Assembly: GCA_964365185.1 (NCBI GenBank)
Contig: CAYIOP010000001.1
Coordinates: forward strand, 34,675 to 98,674
Direction: 5' to 3'
DNA length: 64,000 nt
Source: an uncultured Candidatus Saccharibacteria bacterium
Lineage (GTDB): Bacteria > Patescibacteriota > Minisyncoccia > UBA6257 > 2-01-FULL-56-20
In this document: one piece after another, positions 54,494-64,000 of the stretch
Layout of the letters: each line of letters starts with the position of its first letter
Numbering within the stretch: the stretch's first letter is position 1
Program-made: the position numbers and the translations under genes
Notes under the pieces: model-generated
Seen by the model: only the letters and a program-made list of their open reading frames with translations
What the model was told of the DNA's origin: nothing
Databases searched by the model: none

Positions 54494-56371
54494 TCAGGCG
54501 CCCGTGGGTTCGTCTTGATTTTTGGTGTCGTTGTTTTTATCTTCAGGCTCTTTGGGAGAATTATACAATATTTGTCCAATTTTTTGTATCTCCAGAGAAA
54601 GAGCGGCAGAGGCGTTTTTGATGTCTTCGAGATTGTCACCGGCAATTGATTTTTTTAGCGCCTCGATTTTTTCGCTGATTGACGCCTTAGTGTCGGCCGG
54701 CACTTTATCGCCTGCGTCTTTGATTGCTTTTTCGGAGGAGTAAATTAAGGTCTCAGCGTGATTTTTAGCTTCTATGAGTTCTTTTTTTTGTCCATCTTCA
54801 GCTGCGTGTTCGGCCGCCTCCTTTTTTAGTTTTTCGATTTCGTCTTTAGAAAGATTAGTGGTGGCTTCAACTTTAACGGATTGAGTTTTGCCGGTGGCTT
54901 TATCTTTAGCCGAGACGCTTAAAATACCATTGACATCAATGTCAAAAGTGACTTCAACTTGAGGAATTCCTCGCGAGGCCGGTGCAACTCCGTCTAAAAG
55001 AAAATTGGCTAAAGTTTTATTATCAGCGGCCATGGGGCGCTCACCTTGCAAGACATGAACTTCAACTGAGGTTTGATTGTCAGCTGCGGTTGAGAAAATT
55101 TGTGTTTTTGAAGTTGGGATAGTTGTATTTTTGGAGATCATCGGAGTGGCCACGCTACCTAATGTTTCAATACTTAGAGTAAGCGGAGTGACATCTAAAA
55201 GCAGAATATCTTTAACATCTCCCTGTAGTATGCCAGCTTGAATAGCGGCGCCGATGGCAACAACTTCGTCGGGATTAATGCCTTGATGGGGTTCTTTGCC
55301 AAAAAGTTTTTTAACTTTTTCTTGGAGGGCTGGCATTCGAGTTTGTCCGCCAACTAAAATTACTTCATTAATTTCGGACAGTTTAAAATCGGCGCCTTTA
55401 GGTGGAGCCGAAGTAACTGTTTCCTCGGTAAGTTTAATCGCGCGGTCAATAAATTCACTGACCAGTTCCTCGAGTTTAGCTCTCGTTAATTTAGTGGAAA
55501 AATGTTTGGGTCCGGAAGCGTCGGAAGTGATATAGGGAAGATTAATTTCGGTTTCAAGCACGGTGGAAAGTTCGTGTTTAGCTCGCTCGGCAGCTTCTTT
55601 TAGACGTTGAATGGCAAGTGGGTCTTTGGAGATATCAATCCCCTCTCTTTTTTTGTATTCCTCAACCAAATACTGGTTAATTTTTTTGTCGAGATCATCG
55701 CCGCCTAAATGTGTGTCACCGCCAGTGGCTTTAACTTCGACAGTGTCGTCGGCGATTTCCAAAACCGAGATGTCGAATGTACCGCCGCCAAAATCAAAAA
55801 CCACAATTTTTTCGTTTTTCTTTTTGTCTAATCCATAAGCTAGCGCTGCGGCCGTGGGTTCGTTGATAATGCGGCGGACAGTTAAGCCCGCAATTTCACC
55901 CGCGTTTTTAGTGGCTTGCCTTTGGGAATCATCAAAATAGGCTGGAACAGTGATAACAGCTTCGTCGATTTTTTCTCCGAGCTTAGCTTCGGCGTCAGCT
56001 TTGAGTTTGGCGAGAATCATGGCTGAAATTTCTTCGGGCTTATGCCAGCGGTCAGACATTTTTACCTCTACGCTGCCGGTGTCCGATTTTTTGAGTTCAA
56101 ACGGAGCCCAATTTTTATCTTGAGTTACTTCTGGGTCCTCAAATTTTCGGCCGATGAATCTTTTAACTGAAAAAATCGTGTTTTTAGGATTGGTGACGGA
56201 TTGTCGTTTAGCGAGCAGTCCAACTAGACGCTCATTATTTTTGCTTACCGCGACTATTGAAGGCGTGGTGCGATTGCCTTCGGTATTTTCCAAAATCTTA
56301 GCTTCTCCGCCTTGCATCACAGCCACGGCGGAGTTGGTCGTTCCTAAATCAATGCCAATTATTTTACCCAT
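54494..56371 (-). CDS. dnaK: Chaperone DnaK (Hsp70)
   Basis: [25 protein letters not shown], and an acidic C-terminus. Confidence 0.9.
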   Translation of the reverse strand: MGKIIGIDLGTTNSAVAVMQGGEAKILENTEGNRTTPSIVAVSKNNERLVGLLAKRQSVTNPKNTIFSVKRFIGRKFEDPEVTQDKNWAPFELKKSDTGSVEVKMSDRWHKPEEISAMILAKLKADAEAKLGEKIDEAVITVPAYFDDSQRQATKNAGEIAGLTVRRIINEPTAAALAYGLDKKKNEKIVVFDFGGGTFDISVLEIADDTVEVKATGGDTHLGGDDLDKKINQYLVEEYKKREGIDISKDPLAIQRLKEAAERAKHELSTVLETEINLPYITSDASGPKHFSTKLTRAKLEELVSEFIDRAIKLTEETVTSAPPKGADFKLSEINEVILVGGQTRMPALQEKVKKLFGKEPHQGINPDEVVAIGAAIQAGILQGDVKDILLLDVTPLTLSIETLGSVATPMISKNTTIPTSKTQIFSTAADNQTSVEVHVLQGERPMAADNKTLANFLLDGVAPASRGIPQVEVTFDIDVNGILSVSAKDKATGKTQSVKVEATTNLSKDEIEKLKKEAAEHAAEDGQKKELIEAKNHAETLIYSSEKAIKDAGDKVPADTKASISEKIEALKKSIAGDNLEDIKNASAALSLEIQKIGQILYNSPKEPEDKNNDTKNQDEPTGA

Positions 56372-56478
56372 AATAGTTAGTTTAAAATTAAAATATCAAA
56401 ATTCAAAATGACAATGTAAAGTTTAAAGTTCCAAATTGCCTTTTTAGCTTTTTAATTTGTTATTTTTGTTGACCTTTT

Positions 56479-56979
56479 TTATTTATTTATTGCTTTGGAA
56501 ATTTTTACTCGAGCGGGCCTTAAAATCTTATCGTGGAGTTTATAGCCGGTTTCAATAATCTCTAAAATTATTCCCGGCTGTTTCTCTGATTCCCCTTCGC
56601 TGATGGCTTCAGCTACGCTCGGATTAAATTCTTCTCCGATTTTAATATCTAATTTTTCAAGACCTCTTTTTTTTAAGATATCCAGGATTTGTGACCGAAT
56701 GATATAAATTCCTTTTTCAACTGGCCCGGATTTTTCTAGAGCGGATAAGCCGAGATCGAAGTTATCTAAAATTGTGATTAATTCTCGGACTAGATTCTCA
56801 TTGCCATACTTGGCGATTTCTTCAAATCGCATCAGTTCCTCTTTTCGATAATTTAAGAAATCGGCTTTAGCTCTTTGCCAGCCGGCGAGATACTCGTCGC
56901 GCTGCTTTTTAATTTCTTCGGCACCTTCCTTCGGCGTATCTTTGGCTAAATTATTCTCGCTATTTTGATCTTCAGACAT
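56479..56979 (-). CDS. grpE: Nucleotide exchange factor GrpE
   Basis: Coiled-coil N-terminus plus the GrpE C-terminal beta domain (FNPSVAEAI...ETGYKLHDKILRPARVKISK). Confidence 0.8.
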   Translation of the reverse strand: MSEDQNSENNLAKDTPKEGAEEIKKQRDEYLAGWQRAKADFLNYRKEELMRFEEIAKYGNENLVRELITILDNFDLGLSALEKSGPVEKGIYIIRSQILDILKKRGLEKLDIKIGEEFNPSVAEAISEGESEKQPGIILEIIETGYKLHDKILRPARVKISKAINK

Positions 56980-57664
56980 TGATTTCTTTTATGCCTCTTA
57001 TGATTTTTACGACTTTTTTGTAATTCATTCTTTTTGGCCCAATCGCCAAAAGAAGTATTTCTTCATCTTGATTCCGAAACCAATTCGCCACAATCGACAA
57101 CTCCGGACTATCGGTAATCGGGCTTTTCTTGCCGATGAAAATTTGAAGGGATGATTCTGGTTCGATTTCTTTTTTTAAATAAGTCATTCGCTCATCCAGT
57201 TCTTCAAAGTCCCTAATAATTAATTGGACGATGTTTTGGTTTTCAATACTAATTTGGCTGATTAAATTTTCTAAGCCGGATTTGTAAACTCGATCTTCTT
57301 CTAGGGGTTCCAAAACGCCTAAAATTCCCAAACGATCCGAAAAAAGATGAAGAAATTTTATCCATTCTTTTTTAGCAAAGCAGTTGGCGATTTCATTATC
57401 TAAGGTGACGCCTAATTCCTGATTTAAAATTTGATCAGCAAAAAATTCATAACCTTTGTCGCTTGGAATTCGGCCGGAAGAATAATAGGGTTGGTTTAAA
57501 TAACCAACGTCAGTTAATCTCTCGAGCTCGTGACGAATCATGGCCGGTTTAATGCCGAAACTGTATCTTTTGTAAAGCAGTCCAGAAGAGACCGGCACGC
57601 CGGTTTTGATAAAATTTTCAATGACCGCGTTTAAAATTTCTTCTGATCTTTTTTCGAGAACCAT
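56972..57664 (-). CDS. hrcA: Heat-inducible transcription repressor HrcA (short form)
   Basis: N-terminal winged helix VIENFIKTGVPVSSGLL...IRHELERLTDVGYLNQPYYSSGRIPSDKGYEFF matches the HrcA signature. The gene leads the grpE-dnaK-dnaJ operon. Confidence 0.6.
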   Translation of the reverse strand: MVLEKRSEEILNAVIENFIKTGVPVSSGLLYKRYSFGIKPAMIRHELERLTDVGYLNQPYYSSGRIPSDKGYEFFADQILNQELGVTLDNEIANCFAKKEWIKFLHLFSDRLGILGVLEPLEEDRVYKSGLENLISQISIENQNIVQLIIRDFEELDERMTYLKKEIEPESSLQIFIGKKSPITDSPELSIVANWFRNQDEEILLLAIGPKRMNYKKVVKIIRGIKEINV

Positions 57665-57671
57665 AAGATTT

Positions 57672-57710
57672 ATTTTAGGTATATTAGCAGAGTTGTCAAG
57701 AGATTGCTAA
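57672..57710 (-). promoter_or_regulatory. hrcA promoter (TTGACA-N16-TAAAAT on minus strand) overlapping degenerate CIRCE-like inverted repeat
   Basis: Plus-strand ttagcagag-ttgtcaaga-gattgctaa (57684-57710) has the 9-9-9 CIRCE geometry (TTAGCACTC-N9-GAGTGCTAA) with the outer TTAGCA/TGCTAA conserved. The -35 sits in the spacer and the -10 at 57672-57677. The -10 ends about 7 nt from the ATG, so the transcript would be leaderless. Confidence 0.45.
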
Positions 57711-57717
57711 TACAGTA

Positions 57718-57748
57718 TCAAGTATCAGGTATCAGGTATCAGGTATTA
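57718..57748 (-). repeat. heptad repeat (tatcagg)n giving TGA x4 then TAA at 7-nt spacing on the minus strand
   Basis: Plus strand atcaggt atcaggt atcaggt att. The minus-strand stops are at 57720, 57727, 57734, 57741 and 57748. It lies downstream of the minus gene 57825..58130. Confidence 0.5.
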
Positions 57749-57824
57749 AGTTGCATATTAAGGGTGAGGGCTAAAAAAAGCCGTGATACCTGGCGGGTAA
57801 AGCGGCTTATGTTTTGTTTTTTGT

Positions 57825-58130
57825 TCATGCGGAACAGCTAGGGGCTCGTTTATTTTTTCGGCGAAGCGGTAAAATTAATTCCTCATAGGTCATCCATAAG
57901 AGTGAAATTGATTCAAGAATTCCCCATAAAGCACCCTTGGTGATAGGCCAGATGATCAAAATGAACGGCCAGAATATGCCGGCTGCCACTGTCTTGATTT
58001 TTTTGAATCTGACTTTTTCTTTGTAGGTTCTGATTTTTTTATCTATTATTGCGTACATCAAGCGGGCTGCTCCAAGACCGATTAGTAGATAAAGAAAAGA
58101 AAAAACGAGAATCCAAATAAGGATGGACAT
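57825..58130 (-). CDS. hypothetical small membrane protein
   Basis: 101 aa with two hydrophobic helices. Confidence 0.35.
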   Translation of the reverse strand: MSILIWILVFSFLYLLIGLGAARLMYAIIDKKIRTYKEKVRFKKIKTVAAGIFWPFILIIWPITKGALWGILESISLLWMTYEELILPLRRKNKRAPSCSA

Positions 58131-58214
58131 AAAATCTCCTTTCTAGTTGTTCGAGTTACTAATTTTATTTTACTTTTTATTGTTTAAATTGTCAAATGAC
58201 TTTATACTTCATGA

Positions 58215-59666
58215 ATGGAGATTCGCTTATATAACACGCTTTCCGGCAGGGTTGAGAAATTAGGCGTTGCTGGAAAAAAACCGATTAAATTCTTTGTTTG
58301 TGGACCTACAGTTTATGACTATCCTCATATTGGCAACGCTAGAACCTTTGTGTTTTTTGACTCGCTGGTTAAATTTTTGCGCTCAACCGGACTTAAAGTT
58401 TTCTATTTGCAGAATATTACGGACGTGGATGACAAGATTATTGACCGCGCGGTTTCGGAACGAAAAGAAGCATTAGAAGTGGCGAATAATTTTTTAAAAA
58501 TTTATTTGAGGGATATGCGAGATTTAGGGGTGACGGCGGTTACTAAGTACGCTCGCGCCACTTACCACATCTTGCAAATTATTGAACAGATTAAGGTCTT
58601 ATTTAAGAATAAAAATGCCTATGAAATTGAAGGTGATGGCATTTATTTTGATGTGGCGACTTTTAAAGAATATGGGAAGTTATCGCGGCGAACTACCTAT
58701 CAAGCTGAAGACGGAGTCAGCCGAATTGATGAAAATGTTAAAAAAAGAAACAAGGCGGACTTTGCCTTGTGGAAATTCGTTGACACTTTAAATATGCCTG
58801 TGTCTAAGTCGTACGGAGTTGCGCTTAATTTTAGCAAAGTAATTAAGCAGGAACCGGCGTGGTCCTCGCCGTGGGGGTGGGGCCGGCCGGGCTGGCACAT
58901 AGAAGACACGGCTATCACCGAGAAATATTTTGGGTCACAATACGATATTCACGGGGGAGCCGTTGATTTAAAATTTCCGCACCATGAGGCCGAGATTGCC
59001 CAACAGGAATCAGTTTCAAAAAAAAGGCCTTTTGTGAAAATTTGGATTCACAGTGGTTTTCTAACTATCGGTGGCAAAAAAATGTCCAAGAGTTTAGGAA
59101 ATTTTATTACCGTTCGCGACATACTAAAACATGTTCAGCCGGAAGTTTTTCGATTATTGGTTTTAACTCATTCCTATCGTTCCCCTCTTGATTATAGCCA
59201 GAGTTTAGTTAGAGAAAATCAGGTTCGGTGGTTTGGAATTCTGGAGTTTTTGGCAAAACTTAAATTAATTTCGGGGAGCAAAAATAAAGGAATTTTGAAT
59301 TTTGTCTCCCAGCTTCGAAAATTTGAGGAAGGATTTGCCGAAAATCTGGCTGATGATTTTAATACTCCCAAAGCCCTAGCGGCTCTCTCGAGTTTTAGGA
59401 GCGAACTAAATCCAAAGATTTGGAATTTGAGTTCAGTAGAAACCAAAAGGATATTTTTAGTTTTGAAGCGCTCACTAGGTAATTTAGGCTTCAAACTCGA
59501 TTTTCCTAAGATTCCCGTTAAAATCAAAAAAATGGCTTCAAAACGTTCAGAATTAAGAAGAAATCAACAATTTATGCAGTCCGACACCTTGAGAAAAAAA
59601 ATCAATGGGCTAGGATTCTCTATAGAAGACATTCCGAAGGGCATATTTATTTGGCCAAAAATCTAA
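58215..59666 (+). CDS. cysS: Cysteinyl-tRNA synthetase
   Basis: CGPTVYDYPHIGNARTF (HIGH), KMSKSLGN (KMSKS), and the Cys-binding WGWGRPGWH region. Confidence 0.85.
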   Translation: MEIRLYNTLSGRVEKLGVAGKKPIKFFVCGPTVYDYPHIGNARTFVFFDSLVKFLRSTGLKVFYLQNITDVDDKIIDRAVSERKEALEVANNFLKIYLRDMRDLGVTAVTKYARATYHILQIIEQIKVLFKNKNAYEIEGDGIYFDVATFKEYGKLSRRTTYQAEDGVSRIDENVKKRNKADFALWKFVDTLNMPVSKSYGVALNFSKVIKQEPAWSSPWGWGRPGWHIEDTAITEKYFGSQYDIHGGAVDLKFPHHEAEIAQQESVSKKRPFVKIWIHSGFLTIGGKKMSKSLGNFITVRDILKHVQPEVFRLLVLTHSYRSPLDYSQSLVRENQVRWFGILEFLAKLKLISGSKNKGILNFVSQLRKFEEGFAENLADDFNTPKALAALSSFRSELNPKIWNLSSVETKRIFLVLKRSLGNLGFKLDFPKIPVKIKKMASKRSELRRNQQFMQSDTLRKKINGLGFSIEDIPKGIFIWPKI

Positions 59667-59744
59667 GGGGGAAAGGTAAAGTGTAAATATCAAAATGCAA
59701 AATTTAGGTGTCCCTAAGCGGGATGATAGAAATTTTAAAATAAC

Positions 59745-61115
59745 ATGGTGAAAAAACAATTACTTAAACTTCCGCCCCATAACCTTGAAGCCGAGCAATC
59801 GGTTTTAGGTTCAATTTTAATTGATAAAGACGCTATCACTAAAATAGCGGATACTTTAGTGGCTGAAGATTTTTATCAACCCAGTCACGAAAAAATTTAT
59901 GAGGCGATGATTGAGTTATTTGAGCGGCGACAACCACTGGATGTTTTAAGCGTTAGTAATCGGCTTAAAGAACGCGGAATTTTAAAAGAGATTGGAAGTT
60001 CTAGTTACTTGGCAGAATTAACTAACCAAGTTCCAACCGCTTCCCATATCGCGGCTTACGCGAAAATTGTTAAGGAAAAAAAGATTTTGCGAGATTTAAT
60101 TCGCGCCTCAGCCGAAATAACCGAGGATATTTTTAGAGACCCAGGCGAAGTGGAAGATCTATTGGATAATGTTGAACAGAAAATATTGGCTATATCCCAA
60201 CGTTCCGTTTCACAAAATTTAATTCATATCCGTGATGAATTAAAAAATGCTTACGACAGGATCGAGCGCCTTCATCGAGGTGAGAGTCCGTTTAGAGGGG
60301 TGCCAACTGGGTTTGACGGCTTAGACGGCTTACTTTCCGGTCTTCAAAAATCCGATTTAATTGTTCTTGGTGCTCGGCCGTCACTTGGGAAAACATCTTT
60401 GGCGCTTGATATCGCGCGCAATGTTGGACTTCATTCCAAGTTGCCGGTCGGCTTTTTTTCACTTGAAATGTCTCGAGAGCAAATTGTGGATAGATTAATT
60501 TCATCGGAATCACAGGTGCCTCTTTGGCGACTGCGAACCGGCAAAATCCATAATGATGCTGAATTTGAGATGATTCAATATGCCCTGGATCGACTGGCGG
60601 TGGCGCCAATTTTTATTGATGACACGCCGTCGCCAAATATTATGCAGATTAGATCTATGGCGCGCCGTCTTCAAATTGAGCACGGTCTAGAACTTTTAGT
60701 GGTTGATTATCTTCAATTAATTCAGCCGCGATCAGGTTTAGAAAATATGGTTCAGCAAGTGACCGAGATATCGCGTGGGCTTAAGGCGCTGGCCCGTGAA
60801 TTAAAGGTGCCGGTACTAGCCCTTTCTCAACTTTCAAGAGCAGTGGACCAAAGAGATAATAAACAGCCGCGCTTATCAGATTTACGCGATTCGGGTAGTA
60901 TTGAACAAGATAGCGATGTGGTTTTATTCATCCATCGAAAAGAATCGAATCGATTGGACGCTCCCTTGGAAGACCAAAATGTTACCCAAGTTATTATATC
61001 TAAACATCGTAATGGGCCTCTGGGAAGCGTGGAGCTCAAATTCGATACCGAGCGAGCAAGTTTTAAAAATATCGAGCGAAAATTTGAGGAGTCACAAGTG
61101 GGAGCCGGACTATGA
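59745..61115 (+). CDS. dnaB: Replicative DNA helicase DnaB
   Basis: LPPHNLEAEQSVLGSILID N-terminal domain, Walker A GARPSLGKTSLAL, and ALSQLSR. Confidence 0.85.
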   Translation: MVKKQLLKLPPHNLEAEQSVLGSILIDKDAITKIADTLVAEDFYQPSHEKIYEAMIELFERRQPLDVLSVSNRLKERGILKEIGSSSYLAELTNQVPTASHIAAYAKIVKEKKILRDLIRASAEITEDIFRDPGEVEDLLDNVEQKILAISQRSVSQNLIHIRDELKNAYDRIERLHRGESPFRGVPTGFDGLDGLLSGLQKSDLIVLGARPSLGKTSLALDIARNVGLHSKLPVGFFSLEMSREQIVDRLISSESQVPLWRLRTGKIHNDAEFEMIQYALDRLAVAPIFIDDTPSPNIMQIRSMARRLQIEHGLELLVVDYLQLIQPRSGLENMVQQVTEISRGLKALARELKVPVLALSQLSRAVDQRDNKQPRLSDLRDSGSIEQDSDVVLFIHRKESNRLDAPLEDQNVTQVIISKHRNGPLGSVELKFDTERASFKNIERKFEESQVGAGL

Positions 61116-61714
61116 ATTTGCCGCCGCCGATTTATAAAATTATTCAGCAATTAGAAAAATTGCCCTCTATTGGTCCGCGCCAAGCCATGCGACTGGCTTT
61201 TTATTTAATTGCGCAGGGACAAAATGAAATTAAATCCTTCGCTCAAGATTTAAATTCACTTTTGAGCGTTAAGAATTGCGCTCAGTGTTTTTTTGTTCAT
61301 CAGAATCCCGATAATCTTTGCGATATTTGTGGAAACAAATCGCGAAAAAAAGAATTAATCGCGGTTTTAGAAAAGGAGACAGATTTGATTTCTATTGAGA
61401 GAACCAAAAAATTTCATGGCCGGTATTTTATTTTAGGGCCAATTGCCAAAACCGGAATCTTGGAGGAATGGCAAAAACTGCGGCTACAAAATTTAAAGAG
61501 TTTTATTCAAAAAGAATTAAATGGCCAGGCCGAGGAAATTATTTTGGCTTTTAGTCCGACAGCTAACGGCGATTTTAATGTTTCTCTTTTAATTAAGGAA
61601 CTTGCGCCTTTAGCTAAAAAAATAAGCCGGCTGGGAAGAGGACTTCCAACCGGCGGCGAGATTGAATTCGCGGACGACGAAACCTTGGGCGAGGCCTTGA
61701 ATAATCGGGGTTGA
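61112..61714 (+). CDS. recR: Recombination protein RecR
   Basis: LPSIGPRQAMRLAFYL (HhH), C4 zinc finger CAQC...CDIC, and a Toprim region. ATGA overlap with dnaB. Confidence 0.85.
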   Translation: MNLPPPIYKIIQQLEKLPSIGPRQAMRLAFYLIAQGQNEIKSFAQDLNSLLSVKNCAQCFFVHQNPDNLCDICGNKSRKKELIAVLEKETDLISIERTKKFHGRYFILGPIAKTGILEEWQKLRLQNLKSFIQKELNGQAEEIILAFSPTANGDFNVSLLIKELAPLAKKISRLGRGLPTGGEIEFADDETLGEALNNRG

Positions 61715-61759
61715 TTTATTATATTTATTTTAGTTCTTAACTAAAGGAAGGAGTAGGAC

Positions 61760-61939
61760 GTGATTAATTGGAACTCTGTCCCCATCCGAAATTTTTTTGA
61801 AATTACTTGGAGGTGCTTTTTAATTCCTCTGGTGATTTTACTAGTAATTGCTTTTTGCGGATTTGTTTTGATTGTGTCAGTGTTAGGTGAAATCGAATCT
61901 TGGTCGGAAAAAAGACTAAAGAAATTTCGAAGTAGCTAG
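61760..61939 (+). CDS. small membrane protein candidate (59 aa, GTG start with GGAAGGAG RBS)
   Basis: Hydrophobic core IPLVILLVIAFCGFVLIVSVLG. It is followed directly by an intrinsic terminator. Confidence 0.3.
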   Translation: MINWNSVPIRNFFEITWRCFLIPLVILLVIAFCGFVLIVSVLGEIESWSEKRLKKFRSS

Positions 61940-61963
61940 GCGTCTTATTAGACGCCTTTTCTC
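61940..61963 (+). terminator. Rho-independent terminator
   Basis: ggcgtct-tatt-agacgcc followed by ttttctc. Confidence 0.45.
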
Positions 61964-61968
61964 TATCA

Positions 61969-62964
61969 CTAACCATGTCTAATAACTAGCACATCACCAT
62001 CTACTACAATATATTCTTTGCCTTCAAGGCGAATCCATCCTTTCTGCTTAGCTTTATTCCAATCATTGGCTTCAAGCAGTTTTTGCCAGTTAATAACTTC
62101 CGCGCGAATAAATTTGTTTTCAAAATCCGTGTGGATGACGCCAGCGGCCTCGGGCGCTTTAGCCCCTTTTTTGATGGTCCAGGCGCGGGTTTCATCTTCA
62201 CCGGTAGTTAAGAAGCTGATTAAATCTAAAATTTGATAAGATTTTTTAATCAGTTCGCCTGCATCGATATTGCCCGACAAATCACCGACTACATAATCCC
62301 CTGCCAGATTTTTGATTTTGGCGAGAATTTCATCTTTTAAATCTTCTTTTGTGCCATTCAAAAAATAGATTTGTTTTTTTGAAGTTAGAAGCTGGAGTTC
62401 TTTGATTATTTCTTCGCCGGAAAATTGATGGATTAAATTACCTTTTTCAAGTTCGGTTTTTACTGATTTTAGAATTTCCAGGTTTTTTAACGCGGATTTC
62501 TCGCCTCTTTTAACTTTGGACTCAAGTGAGTTGAGGCGTTTATTTACAGTGTCTAAATCCTTAAGCGCCAGTTCGGTATTGATGATTTCCAAATCCCGAA
62601 TGGGATTTACAGTTTGCTCGACGTGAATGATTTCGGGATTTTGAAAAGTTCGCAGGACGATCACAATCGCTTGGGTCTCTCGGATGTGGGCCAGAAATTG
62701 ATTACCTAGGCCTTCGCCGGTGTTCGCGCCTTTAACCAGTCCGGCAATGTCGTAGAATTCAATTACCGCGGGAATGATTTTTTTTGAGTGGCTCAAGGCG
62801 GCTAGTTTCTCAAGCCGCTCATCGGGAACCGGAACAATGCCGACGTTGGGGTCAATGGTGGCAAAGGGATAATTGGCAATATGCACCTCATTTTTAGTGA
62901 GGGCTTTAAAAAGAGTGGATTTACCGACATTGGGTAGGCCCACGATGCCAATGGAGAGTTTCAT
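61969..62964 (-). CDS. ychF: Ribosome-binding ATPase YchF (Obg-family GTPase)
   Basis: G1 motif GIVGLPNVGKSTLF, NVGV, and C-terminal TGS-like DFENKFIRAEVI...EGKEYIVVDGDV. Confidence 0.8.
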   Translation of the reverse strand: MKLSIGIVGLPNVGKSTLFKALTKNEVHIANYPFATIDPNVGIVPVPDERLEKLAALSHSKKIIPAVIEFYDIAGLVKGANTGEGLGNQFLAHIRETQAIVIVLRTFQNPEIIHVEQTVNPIRDLEIINTELALKDLDTVNKRLNSLESKVKRGEKSALKNLEILKSVKTELEKGNLIHQFSGEEIIKELQLLTSKKQIYFLNGTKEDLKDEILAKIKNLAGDYVVGDLSGNIDAGELIKKSYQILDLISFLTTGEDETRAWTIKKGAKAPEAAGVIHTDFENKFIRAEVINWQKLLEANDWNKAKQKGWIRLEGKEYIVVDGDVLVIRHG

Positions 62965-63163
62965 GTTTAAAATGTTTCCGCCGGAGGCGGATCTTTCTCC
63001 GGAGGACGAGATGATCGAATATTTAATTCGTCGTGCGAAAGATTTTAACTTTAATTCTAGCTTTAGTAAAGAAAAACTGGAGTTTTACATCCGGTTTGAT
63101 TAAACTTAAAAAAATAACCCCTCTTTGCAATTGCAAAGAGGGGTCGAATGTTCAAGAGGTGAC

Positions 63164-63691
63164 TTATTTGTAAGAAAATACCCATCCACCAGCCTTCCAT
63201 TCGTGCTCGTTTAATCGGAAGGCATTGATTACCCAGTTACTGTAACCCCAGTGGATTATCACCACTCGGAGTACACCTTCGCGGTCACGAACATAAAAAA
63301 TGTTCGCCTGACCTTCAGCTTGTAGTGTGCCCCACTCGTATTCTTGTCGACACAGGAGCCGCCATATGTCGGCTAACTTTACCTCTGCTTTTTCTTCCCC
63401 CCCGAGATTATCTATTATCTCTTGATCACTGACCTTCTCGTAGGTGATCATTAGTGGAGTAATTATTCTCCATGCATCTTCTTCTTTCTTGCTTCCGAAC
63501 CAGTCATCGAATTGGAGATTAATTCCCTCGGATGAAAAGTCCGGCGAAAAGAAGGTAGAATCAGAATAAAAAATCACCGAACCGAGAATTTTGGAATGTT
63601 TACCGGTGGTGTCTGTCGCTATTGCCCGATTCGCCACCGAAACCTGGAAATGTGCCAATACGAACAACGTCAATATAAATCGTGCAGTCAT
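63164..63691 (-). CDS. hypothetical secreted protein
   Basis: 175 aa with an N-terminal signal-peptide-like segment (MTARFILTLFVLAHFQVSVA). Confidence 0.35.
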   Translation of the reverse strand: MTARFILTLFVLAHFQVSVANRAIATDTTGKHSKILGSVIFYSDSTFFSPDFSSEGINLQFDDWFGSKKEEDAWRIITPLMITYEKVSDQEIIDNLGGEEKAEVKLADIWRLLCRQEYEWGTLQAEGQANIFYVRDREGVLRVVIIHWGYSNWVINAFRLNEHEWKAGGWVFSYK

Positions 63692-63804
63692 GATTGTTCT
63701 CCTTCCTGACTGTGTTTTGAATGTTCTGTTTGGAATTATACAGCATACTGGTCTATTTTGTCAATAGTTTACTCCCCGCCCTATTTTCTTTGCTATGTAT
63801 ACAA

Positions 63805-64000
63805 TCAGCGTTCGTAAATGCCGATGAGTTCGGTTTGTTCAATAATATGGCCCGACATAGCGGATTCTAATTTGGCTTTGTTGGAGCCAGCTTCTAGATT
63901 TAATAGAGTGTCCAGGGCATAGAGTTTGAAGAAATAACGATGCGGTTTTTTGTCCGGTGGGCAGGGGCCGATGTATCCTTCGCGGCTGGTGTCATTTTCA
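63805..64000 (-). CDS. PEBP/YbhB-YbcL family protein, C-terminal part (gene continues beyond window end)
   Basis: Minus-strand translation ...GYIGPCPPDKKPHRYFFKLYALDTLL...AMSGHIIEQTELIGIYER*. The HRY.F.LYALD motif is typical of bacterial PEBP proteins. Confidence 0.6.
   Translation of the reverse strand, partial: ENDTSREGYIGPCPPDKKPHRYFFKLYALDTLLNLEAGSNKAKLESAMSGHIIEQTELIGIYER

Noticed and set aside
1-64000. rRNA genes, additional tRNAs, IS elements
   Set aside because: No stretch resembles 16S/23S/5S conserved blocks, and only one cloverleaf (tRNA-Lys at 52233..52306) was found by eye. No transposase-like ORF or terminal inverted repeat pair bounding one was seen.

Overview
This is an AT-rich, gene-dense bacterial window, about 38-40% G+C by eye. 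The gene content and style look like a small-genome, CPR/Patescibacteria-like organism, but that lineage call is inference only. It uses the standard genetic code: TGA acts as a stop, many genes overlap by 4 nt (ATGA), and most genes lack a Shine-Dalgarno sequence.

Recognisable housekeeping genes: trmD, a split comEC, ftsW, murG, gltX, an M23 peptidase, murC, rpmA, rplI, an S41 protease, def, fmt, secD/secF, the hrcA-grpE-dnaK-dnaJ operon, tRNA-Lys(UUU), cysS, dnaB, recR, ychF and a PEBP-family fragment. There is also a carbohydrate cluster with three GH130 paralogs, an (alpha/alpha)6 glycosidase and GT4 glycosyltransferases.

The most striking unexplained content is a large family of about 560-600 aa, cysteine-rich proteins with zinc-ribbon motifs. 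Six copies are visible: four in tandem at 22501-29504, one at 13175-14977, and a 3' fragment at 1-353. Each protein is pseudo-symmetric, with a pair of zinc ribbons at the N-terminus repeated at the C-terminus. Two separate loci of this family sit beside paralogous DUF87 (HerA/TraD-like) P-loop ATPases and membrane proteins. ATPase 1 itself ends in a zinc ribbon of the same type as the family. I regard this as a candidate undescribed ATPase-plus-cysteine-rich-protein system.

Second, 40.6-45.0 kb is an insertion hotspot. Three consecutive cassettes are each bracketed by direct repeats: a duplicated GT4 3' end, a pair of hairpin repeats, and a duplicated GH130 3' end (the last leaving a pseudogene fragment). 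The third cassette encloses an island of about 2.2 kb with clearly higher G+C. It has its own sigma70-like promoter, an inverted-repeat operator, a translationally coupled two-gene module, and a terminator.

Third, heptanucleotide periodicity recurs across the window. Intergenic 7-nt-spaced (T)AG(G) runs put a stop codon in all three frames, and in-frame (GAAAAGC)n and (GCAAATA)n insertions lie inside trmD and murC.

No CRISPR array, rRNA, integrase or transposase was found.
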